Both the position numbers and the translations under genes were made by a program. From assembly GCF_006345805.1 (NCBI RefSeq), contig NC_043015.1, positions 3,100,001 to 3,164,000 on the forward strand: a DNA stretch of 64,000 bases. The letters run 5' to 3'. Shown in pieces: positions 54,166 to 64,000 of the stretch (its first letter is position 1; every line of letters begins with the position of its first letter). Below the pieces are notes generated by a model, which ran no database searches, had not been told where the DNA came from, and saw only the letters and a list, made by a program, of their open reading frames with translations. Source of the DNA: Octopus sinensis. Lineage: Eukaryota.

Positions 54166-55113
54166 TAGCCGTCAGCCTGTCATGTCATACATGTTGGGGC
54201 TCCGTAGTCTTGAAGTCTTTCATCAAGGTATTTTGCTTACATAATCTGGATCATGGAGATAATGTTTTGTGTAATTACACCTCGTTTTTCGGGTGGGAGT
54301 GTAATAAGTGTGGTGCGTTTTGGCATTTTTTGTGAAGACAGTATTTTAGTCCTTTTTTTTTCTCATTAAAAATATTGTCTGATTACTAAAAAATTATAAT
54401 GATCAACCAAGGGTAGCCTTCTGCTGACTCCGGAGTGGAGTAGCATTCTGTGATAATTCTGAACATAAACGCAGCTGAAGAGGAATACATTTCTCGACAA
54501 AGAGAAATGTAATTTCCTCCTGTTTGCTATGACGTCAGTAACAATTGCAAAAGTACCTGGAGCAACAACGCAAACCGCAGAACCAACACCACCACTACCA
54601 CCACCGCTATAAACAGCAGAAGCAACAATAACAGCTGTATAAGCAACAATATCAACAACATGTAAGATGAACAACACATTTGTAAGCAACAGAAACAATG
54701 ATAAATTTGTGGAGAAGAACAGCGTCGACGAAACAAGCAACAACAAGGACAGCAGCAGAATTAATAATACAATGAACCACAAGGAATCTAATTCTCTTTC
54801 TAAAGCCGTTAGCAATTGGACTATTTTGTCAGTGGATGACTTAAAAATTAAAGCACTTAAGTATAAGTGTGCCATTATAGAAACCATGTGTTATGTGCCT
54901 CGGTGATGATGAAAAAAAATCTCTGAAACATGAGCAATTGTTTATAAATGAATCCCTCACATGAGAAGATGGTTAAATTGCCTACTCTGTCAGATAGTGA
55001 AAATAGCCTTGAAGTTGAGTGGCTCTCAGTGCTACACACAGACGGAGGTAAACGATATGGTATGGTCACTGCTATATGCAGCAGCGAGCAAGAAGTCGTA
55101 TGTTCCACTATAA

Positions 55114-55350
55114 GGCGACGAGCTGGCAGAAACGTTAGCATGCCGGGCGAAATGCTTAGCGGCATATCGTATGCCGCTACGTACTGAGTTCAAATTCCGC
55201 CGAGGTCGACTTTGCCTTTCATCCTTTTCGGGGTCGATTAAATAAGTACTAGTTACACACTGGGTTTGATGCAATCGGCTTAATACATGTGTCTGTCCTT
55301 GTTTGTCCTCTCTGTGTTTAGCCCCTTGTGCGTAGTAAAGAAATAGGTAT
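55114..55350 (+). mobile_element. SINE family A, full length, 16-bp TSD gtatgttccactataa (55098-55113 and 55347-55362)
   Basis: Complete head, central domain and tail; exact flanking direct repeat. Confidence 0.93.
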
Positions 55351-55374
55351 GTTCCACTATAATATACAGTAGAG

Positions 55375-55990
55375 GATTACTGACACTGAAGTAGAACGAC
55401 GTCCTGAGGGAGATCCAGGACGTTGACGAAGATGAACTTACTAGTCTGTTCTGCAGGACATTCAGGGTGGGGACTATTATGGAGGTCTTTGCTCTAGCAG
55501 TGCAACCGAGGGGAGAGAACTCTACCAGGTCGGCGTAAACTCTACAGGCACGAATATGCTGTCAAATGGGTCTGTCCGAGGTGTACACAGAGCAATGATA
55601 CCGTTCCGCATGCATTCATTCAGTGCAAGGTAATTGCTGACTTATGGAATTATGTCGGTCAGCGGTTTCCCGTCCAGGTGGGATCCGTCTGTCCTCCGAG
55701 CCTATATTGGTTGTTGTCACGCTGCCCTCCTTTAATCTGGCATTCAAGGCAGTTTTTTTCTTTCTTGGTTGCTGATATTTGAAGCTGAAAGGAATGACGA
55801 CAGTATCACTCCAATTTTCGTAAAGCCCTCATCGACTTCTTCAAGTTTCACATGAAAAAGGCAGCGAGAGTGGAGCGGGAGGTGTTGTTCTCGAGTGAAT
55901 TTATGAAAAGCTGGGTGACATTTGTTAAAATGGCAAGGGTGGATGGTTGACCTGCGAGTCACAGGAAAATGTATTTGTCTGTGGTATTCA
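55375..55990 (+). mobile_element. L1-clade (Tx1-like) LINE ORF2 C-terminal relic with CCHC knuckle; not in the ORF track
   Basis: RRKLYRHEYAVKWVCPRCTQSNDTVPHAFIQCKVIADLWNYV (CX2CX8HX4C at 55573-55626); later FFKFHMKKAARVEREVL..FMKSWV. Confidence 0.7.
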
Positions 55991-56000
55991 GAATATTCAA

Positions 56001-56236
56001 GGCAGTGAGCTGTTGTGAACTTTTGCACGCCGGGCGAAATGCTTAGCGGTATTTCGTCTGCGGTTACGTTCTGAGTTCAAATTCCACCGAGGTCGACTTT
56101 GCCTTTCATCCTTTCGGGGTCGATTAAATAAGTACCAGGTACGCACTGGTGTCGATATAAACAACTTAAGCCGTTTGTCTGTCCTTGTTTGTCCTCTCAG
56201 TGTCTAGCCTCCTCTGGGTAGTAAAGAAATAGGTAT
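56001..56236 (+). mobile_element. SINE family A with decayed first 20 nt; candidate TSD ggtattcag (55983-55991 and 56232-56240)
   Basis: gcacgccgggcgaaatgcttagcggtatttcgtctgc..aaagaaataggtat. Confidence 0.9.
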
Positions 56237-57192
56237 TCAGGGTGATCTTGGATGGTGGGGGTGGGGGTCCTCGATCCTCGATCATCACAATTATTTTTTT
56301 CTTTTTGCTGTATACTTCACTTGTTTTAATGTATGCTGTGTATAGTTCCATCTTTTTTATATCATCCCATTAAATGTTAACCATAGCACTTTATCACTGT
56401 CTTTGTATTTTACCTCTCATACTTCGCCCTGATGGCAAATAAAAAATATTGTTGTTTTTGCTGGTGTGTCTGTTCGACTATCAATACGTAATATGCATCG
56501 CTCGCTTAAGATATTTTCGTTCCTATTCTTTCGTTGTTACACAATGTTATATACTAAACATATTTGTTATCGTGTTAATGATAAACTAAACTAAACAAGA
56601 ACATAGCGATCTTGATGCAATCAGCTTAATACATTTGTCTGCCCTTGTTTGTCATCTATACTGCTTAGGGGTTGAGACGTGATTTCATTAGCGAACAAGC
56701 CTTTCAACTGTTGCTCAAAAGTAAAATGTTCTCTACGAGAATCTTTTATCCACTGAGAAGAAGAGCCAGTTATCCGTAGAACATGACGGTGATATTGCAA
56801 CAATTAGTGACAGATGCTGCAGTACTTATAACATCAATAGCTACAACAAAATTTGAGAGAACAGCAACGGCAACAAACAAGAGACACGAGAATACTATAA
56901 GGCTAATATCTACTGCTAAAAATCATTGCACCAATCACCACCATATGAATAACAAAAGCGAACAATGACAGCAGAGAGCGGTATGACGGAATGTAAGAAC
57001 ACTGCTGCCACAACACCAACACTAACGTCGCGAGTACCAACACACAAAGCAGTAATACAAAGGAAATGGCGTCATTTCCTATTTCTAGACAAAATGAAAA
57101 CGGTCTCTTGCAAGCATATAGTCGACTGAAAAACGTCGACGTGTCGGGAATAAAGTTGCGAAATTTCCGGCAATGCGTCCAACGTAGAACGC

Positions 57193-57261
57193 ATAATAAT
57201 GATGATGACGATGACGATGATGATGATGGTGATGATGATAATGATGATAATGATAATAATA

Positions 57262-57301
<40 letters not shown>

Positions 57302-57374
57302 GATAATAATAATATAATAATAATAATAATGATAACAATAATAATAACAATAATAATTATTATTGTTATAATTA

Positions 57375-57414
<40 letters not shown>

Positions 57415-57420
57415 TATCAT
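57193..57420. repeat. (GAT/AAT)n joined to (ATT)n (oppositely oriented trinucleotide tracts)
   Basis: Polarity switch near 57355. Confidence 0.93.
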
Positions 57421-59345
57421 TTAATTTTAATCTGTATGATTGTTACAATCACTCGCTAAGACAAATCCAGTGGGTGAATGAAGGTTAATTGATGTTACAG
57501 TACGACCGAAAGTAGGGGAGGCCAGTCGCTGGGGGCAGTAACGAAATATCACCATGTAATACAACACATTCATTTTAATTGATAGAGTTTTTCTAAAGAT
57601 GAGGGTAGTACTTTTGAGCACAGTCTTTTTGGATTTTTCTCCTGAGATATTATCTAGATATTTCTTATTAGACCTTCTGCATCCACAATATCTGAAACAG
57701 TTTTCACGTTAATGTACCTAACTTTTGTATTTCTATTTTCGCGTCCTATTATTTAATTTCTGAAATTCCTTTGCAAATTATTTTATCAGCGGGAACACTT
57801 ATCTCTATTAGTCTACAAGTATTTTCTTGATGTCTTTAATGACTATGTCTGGCCGATTAACCCGTATCCTTCTGTCGGTGTTAAGTGAAAAATCCCAGCG
57901 GATAGTGACATTTTTATCTCCAGCGAATGGCTCAGGATGATGTTCATACTAGTTAGCAGGGCGGCTGATTTTGTAGTGTTTACATATTTTCCAACGTAAA
58001 TACCGTCCTACACTACAGTGCCGATTTTGTATTCGTTTGGTGTCAGCACAGAACATAACAAGACCAGTATTGTTTCATCAAATTTATCGCATAAACTACA
58101 TTTGGGGATGGAACCAATTTGAAACGTCAGCCTAGTAGTGTTTGGCAAGGAAGCTCTGATCTTATTCTGCCCATAGGACACCTTCAGTCTCTGATTTCAG
58201 TCCTGAGCTTCTCAGCCATTGATGGTTTGTATCATGCTCTACTTCAGCATTTTGGTTTCGAAGTATATGCAATCAATGCAGAGGTTTCTGGCTATACTGC
58301 TCCTCAGTTTGTTTCTGCTCATTCTTTTATGCAACCTGTTCAAGCCATTTCTCTTTGTTTGTGCCAGTGATTTCAGGTTCTTCATATAATTCAGAGTTAA
58401 TGCCAAGTTCCGACGTGAAGTTACGAACATGCTTGACAATGGAGTATAACTTTATGCTGCTTTCGTGTTTGCACACATGCGCTGCATCCCTTCCCCTGTA
58501 CTAGAGACGTACTTGTTCAATGCTATTGTGGAGATCTTATAGCACATTTCTACCTGCATCAGTCATCATCCCCCATTACTTCTAGGTAGGTACAGATGAT
58601 CGACGTCTGTTTGTGGTGCATGTAACTAGATGTTACCTTTCTTGTCCTCCCCTACAGCAGCTGAAGTTCTATAAGATTCTAGTTAGGTATTAAAACAAAG
58701 GAGGCGAGCTGGCAGAATCGTTAGCACGCCGGGCGAAATGCGTAGCCGTATTTCGTCTGCCGTTACGTTCTGAGTTCAAATTCCGCCGAGGTCGACTTTG
58801 CCTTTCAATCCTTTCGGGGTCGATTAAATAAGTACCAGATACGCACCGGGGTCAATGTCATCGACTTAATCCGTGTGTCTTTCCTTGTTTGTCCCCTCTG
58901 TGTTTAACCCCTTGCGGGTAACAAAGAAATAGGTATTAAAAATGTATTGGACTACTGGAAGTGTCAGGGTACTAATGGCTCCAATGCAATTTTTAGAGTT
59001 GACTTCAATTTATGTATGTGATGTATTCTTCTGTAATACTCCATTCGTATTTTCTTTCATAGTAGCATGTTGCATAGATTCCCCTTCGCATATCCCCGGG
59101 TATTTATATCTCCCTTGTGAGTCAAGCTCCTTGGTGGTAGTGTCAGTATCTAATTTAATAGAAGCTGTTTGCTTGAGCTTTCGTCTCACTAAAGTCCCTT
59201 TAGCACACTTATCAAGGCCAAAATCCATCTCGATTAATTTTTTTTAAGGCTATTAACAGCCCTACAGCTAGCTGTTCGTCTTTTCTAGCATTCAGCTTCA
59301 GATCGTCCATATAAAACAGAGGATTTCCTCATCACAAACATCTTC
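57420..59345 (-). mobile_element. RLE-type (R4/Dong-like) non-LTR retrotransposon, 5'-truncated and decayed: RT motif, CCHC region, RLE, 3' UTR, (TAA)n; interrupted by SINE-A 58701-58935
   Basis: Minus strand: FYMDDLKL (YMDD 59302-59313); FGLDKCAK..YKYPGI; DVDHLYLPRSNG; HQWLRSSGLKSETEG; PKCSLCDKFDET; WDFSLNTDRRIRVNRPDIV; KTVLKSTTLIFRKTLSI. Confidence 0.9.
58701..58935 (+). mobile_element. SINE family A, full length; candidate TSD taggtattaaaa (58684-58695 and 58930-58941)
   Basis: Near-consensus copy inserted antisense into the RLE LINE. Confidence 0.93.
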
Positions 59346-60471
59346 ATAATCATCATTGTTAATGTAATTATAATACATATAAAGAGTGGTATAATTAATA
59401 GAGGAAAAATTTAATGACGGATTGGAATGCGTATGGCATAGCTTATCAGGGGACAAGTATATTCACGTTGATGGATATAGCGAAGATACCTGTTATTATG
59501 ACGATGAAGGGTAATGATACAGAAGATGTTGATAGCCATGAATTTTATTAAATTATATTACGGTGGAATGACATTAATTTTTATGATATTTACAACTGTA
59601 ATTGACTCCAAGGAAAATCATCCGTCATGCAGCAGATGATGATATACATTCATATATACATTACATACATACGTACATACACATGTTTGTGCACAAATAC
59701 TAAATTATACATATATATATATATATACTCTTTTATTATAATGCAGATTAAAACGAGGCATGTATAATTGACAACGTATTTCTTTAATGAGCCATGTTAA
59801 ATTTGGGCACAACATACATAAACTAGAAAGTAATTACCGTTTTCGTTTCTGTGATATGACATTTTGGCATTCAAGTATGATATTTCTTACTATGAATTTC
59901 TGTCTGATTAAAGGATGTCAATAAATACTTGAGCAAACGTGACTGTGGTGTGTATATTAGTATATTTTCCCATGCATGCAGGTGTGTGAATATGTTTGAT
60001 TACTTTTATATTCTAATAAGTTTGTATATATAAAAATGTATGTCCGGATTCTTTATTGCCCGCTATTGCACTTTTGTTCCATTTTACATATTTATATATA
60101 CACGTAGCGTCGTACGAACACATTTTCTCATCTTGTAGTATGTATCTATTGTACGATTCTTTTACTCTGTTTTTTTTAACCCCCCTCATACTTTCTCCAG
60201 GTTTCGTTTGTCTCGTTCTCCCTCTCAAAGCATTTCTTGACCCAGTCTTTCCTTAACTTCCACTCTCCCTCCTCGTTTATCTCCCCTGTACTTTTCCTTT
60301 TGCATTTTTGATTTTCTTCCTATTCCTTCAATCCCGCTGCTCCTCACCACTCCCTCCTCCTTCATCGGGACCAGTGTTTGGCCAGCGATACTCTTTCTTG
60401 GCCTGAGTTCCTACCGCCAACTCCTCCCATGTTCGTCTATGTTTCTGCCTTAAGGCTCTCACTTTAGACAT

Positions 60472-60556
60472 GCTAAATTTGATTCGTTCTCAGCTAAATT
60501 TGATTCGTTCTCAGCTAAATTTGATTCGTTCTCAGCTAAATTTGATTCGTTCTCAG
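60472..60556. repeat. Perfect minisatellite, 4 x 21 bp (gctaaatttgattcgttctca)
   Basis: Directly visible; gives the LNLIRSQ repeat in ORF 60470-60652. Confidence 0.97.
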
Positions 60557-60856
60557 TCGAAAGGCAGACGAGGTTATATTCTTCTTGTTTGTATTTGTCA
60601 TTGCGTACCATGCTATTGTTTTTGTCGTACACATTCGCTAGGTTTCTTATAAAAAATCTAAAGCTCTTGCCTTCGACTCTATGCGGGGGTAACCAGATGG
60701 ACCAATCTCAAGATTAACCGCCCGAAAGTGCAAGCATACGTGGTAACTTGACTGACGAAAGAAGGCCACAAATCTCAAGTCTTTTTGTTTTCATGTCCCT
60801 CTAATTCTTCTCTATTTTATGCAGATGTTTATTGTCCTTGATTGCATTTTTGTTCC

Positions 60857-60913
<57 letters not shown>

Positions 60914-60992
60914 CATCCCTAAATAAATACACACAATCACACATAAACACAATCACACACATATATACACAACCCGTTTTTTTATCTAGTTC

Positions 60993-61033
60993 GGGTGTAT
61001 CTATTTTTGGGTGTATCTATTTTTGGGTGTATT
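60993..61033. repeat. 16-bp unit x about 2.5 (gggtgtatctattttt)
   Basis: Directly visible. Confidence 0.9.
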
Positions 61034-61368
61034 CTTGTGTTTAATAAGTGTCATTATGCAAATACGATTAACCCACACACATGTTCAATTCCACCTATTT
61101 ATTGCTAGCCAATCGGTCAATATCTGATTGTGTTGTCGTTATCTCTCAGACCTCTTTCGTTGCTTCTTGCAAACTACTCAATGTCTATTGAATTAGTCCA
61201 TTTTAGAAGCCGCGTGTTTCTGTTTTAAATCGTGTTGCGTGCATGCCTATGAAGTGTGTGTCTATATGGCCATGTGATTCTGTCACCTGCTGCCCGTGAG
61301 CGCTTGTATTTTCGTATTTACCTATGCAGCTACCTACCTACCTACACCCCTAGATTTCTATCTATCTA

Positions 61369-61402
<34 letters not shown>

Positions 61403-61430
61403 ATATATATATATATATGTAATACACAAA

Positions 61431-61526
<96 letters not shown>

Positions 61527-61721
61527 TAAATATATATATATATATTTTGATTTGAAAACCCCACTAGAATGAGAGAAAGCGCTAATGATCTGAATGATAT
61601 GATGTGAATGATATGATCTGAATGATTTGATATATATATGTTGAAAATGTAATATATAAATAAATATCTGTAAATATGAACCATCAGATCTTCTGATTAC
61701 CTCATTTCTTCTAATATATAT

Positions 61722-61777
<56 letters not shown>

Positions 61778-62194
61778 ACTTACCTATTGATCCTGTTAAT
61801 TATCGGCCTACTTGCCTAATTATCTACTTGTTAGTTTGCATATATTCCCATCTACCTACGTACTTGCCTATTTACCTACTTCCGAATGTAGCTATGTATG
61901 CTTACTCTGCGTGTGGTATCTGCCGCCTTACGGTATCTCTACATTCTACGTGTATTTCCATTTTCGTACGAGTAACATTTGTTTACGATGCCGTGCTCTT
62001 GTATGTGTCTAAGTGATGGATCATTTCGATGCTTCGAAAAAAATGTGGATGCAAGTTCCGCCTAGTTCGCTGTCATTTTCGTCTTTGGCATGTTGATAGA
62101 GTACGGTAGACTGTTGCTTGTCATTTTATTCTTCATGCTTCTTTTTGCGAACTGGCTTAATTCAGCAAAAAGTAACTCGAGTTTCAAAACTCTC

Positions 62195-62427
62195 TACTCT
62201 TTTACTATTTTACTTGTTTCAGTCATGTTGACTGCGGCCATGCTGGATCACCGCCTTTAGTCGAGCAAATCGACCCCGGGACTTATTCTTTGTAAGCCCA
62301 GTACTTTTCTATCGGCCCCTTTTGCCGAACTGCTAAGTGACGGTGACGTAAACACACCAGCATCGGTTGTCAAGCAATGCTAGGGGGACAAACACAGACA
62401 CAGAAACACACACACACACATGCATAC

Positions 62428-62494
<67 letters not shown>

Positions 62495-62658
62495 TACGAC
62501 AGGCTTCTTTTAGTTTCGTCTACCAAATCCACTCACAAGGCATTGGTCGGCCCGGGGCTATAGCAGAACACAGTTGCCCAAGTTGCCACGCAGTGGGACT
62601 GAACCCGGAACCATGTGGTTGGTTAGCAAGCTACTTACCACACAGCCACTCCTGCGCC
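62195..62658 (-). mobile_element. SINE family B, full length
   Basis: Tail tgtttcagtcatgttgactgcggccatgctgga; internal (CA)(TA); head ..cttaccacacagccactcctgcgcc. Confidence 0.93.
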
Positions 62659-64000
62659 GTTTTATTTTTCTTTTCTTTTTTTATAAATCTTCCCGATTCA
62701 TCTTGATTTCGTCTTTGAACTGTATTCTTAGAATAAACCTGCGCAAGGCTACATCATTTTATTGCTTACTTATTTTGGATTGTTTTTTGATCCTCTTGTA
62801 TGACGCATTGTTTTAGGGGATACTCAGTCCGATGCATTGACATATGCTTTATATGTTTTTGTTAAACGCGATGTCACTCTATACATTTTTGCATTGTAAT
62901 CTTCTTTTGATTAACTAATATCCTTCCGTCCCAATCATGCATTTTGATGTGTATTCCCTTTATTGGATACTACCCGCGAGGAATTACATTTATTTGCTAT
63001 CCTTAATGTATTGGAAGTTTTCTGTGCCTAAGGTGGATAATGAATACGGTGATAAAATATCGCTTCCAGTTCTATTCTGATCTAAAGTTGTTTTTTAATA
63101 TGCTGAACGTTATTCTCCATATTTCTTCCCGATATTTCTCTGATGTCATATTGACCTCACCCTAATATGGTTTTCATTAATGTTCCCTCTGCAATTTCCT
63201 TTGGTCTCTCGTTCAAATAAATTGTTCTCACGAAATAGCTCTGATTCTCCCTATCGTCATATAAAGCGCGGTTTAGATGATATGAGCTGTTTAAGCTTTT
63301 ATATATGGACACACCCACATAATTTCTCATACGCACGCATATGGTATTTATTTATATGTATGTGTAGGCAACTGCACACATATATTGATTATTTGGTTTC
63401 TTTTTCCTTTTACGATCCATTTTTCGTTAAGTAATGGCAAGGCATTTCTTTTCTATCTTATATTATTTTATATAACTTTTGACGTTTATTTACGTAAAGG
63501 TGAGAGATGTATGGCTATTTCAATAAGACCAGATTCCCTCAGTTTTACCAACCCCAGTTAATAGATAAGGGCTATCAATACATTCATATTTGAAGAGGTT
63601 TTTCAGTACTTGAATTTTCTAGCAATATCATATGCTTATCTATTATGCCAGGTAACTTACATCGTATTTGAGTTACCAGTCGTCCTTATATGATTTTGAA
63701 TGCTTTTCTAAGTTACTTTTCAAAGTAACACAGGGTTCATTTGTGTTAAGTGTCGTTAATTGCCGAGGGAAGAATACTATTCGTGAAAATGTATGTGTAC
63801 AACACGGCTGGAATTTTTATCTATTTTAATATTATAGTATTAAGTATTTTCTAACAGGCCTTATGTTCATCAATAGTTTGTTTACGTTTGTAATGTTCGT
63901 TTACGTCGGTTTACTTTGTTGATTTCGATTTGCAATGCGTTTTAATCAAGAAAACGACGTAATTCAATGTTTTTGTCCCTTTATGCTAAGAGGCAACTCA

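Noticed and set aside
54366-54887. 173-aa hydrophobic ORF resembling a membrane protein (also 56780-57070)
   Set aside because: It is the antisense reading of degenerate (AAC/AGC/ACC)n sequence; the sense frames contain stops.
60472-60556. 21-bp repeats as a CRISPR array
   Set aside because: Repeats are contiguous with no spacers, there are no cas genes, and the context is eukaryotic.
62700-63300. Possible Penelope GIY-YIG relic on the minus strand (YRVTSRLTKTYKAYVNAS)
   Set aside because: Resemblance is too weak to support by eye; needs a frameshift-aware HMM search.

Overview
AT-rich, microsatellite-saturated animal genomic DNA. I recognise no host protein-coding gene, rRNA, true tRNA gene or CRISPR array; almost all ORFs in the supplied track are artefacts of (TA)n, (AAT)n or (TATC)n tracts. 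The window is a transposon graveyard. It holds four tRNA-headed SINE families (my labels A-D, about 25 copies or fragments), three CR1-type LINE 3' fragments, one young RTE/BovB-like LINE fragment with an uninterrupted 347-codon frame, two RLE-type (R4/Dong-like) LINE relics, a Tx1/L1-like zinc-knuckle relic, two mariner relics, one Tc1-like relic, and a Helitron Rep relic hidden by stop codons. The repeat families look like those I associate with octopus (coleoid cephalopod) genomes; this is an inference, not checked. I see no clearly new biological system. The best leads are: (1) a SINE-B/CR1 partner pair sharing a 3' stem-loop with compensatory changes; (2) the young RTE nested in the internal (TA)n of a SINE-B; (3) minimal hammerhead-ribozyme-like motifs of the Penelope type; (4) apparent target-site rules (LINEs into (TA)n or (TAA)n, SINE-A into GTAT); (5) a roughly 900-bp unit bounded by identical 186-bp direct repeats. 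All alignments and foldings were done by eye, so boundaries of decayed elements are approximate.
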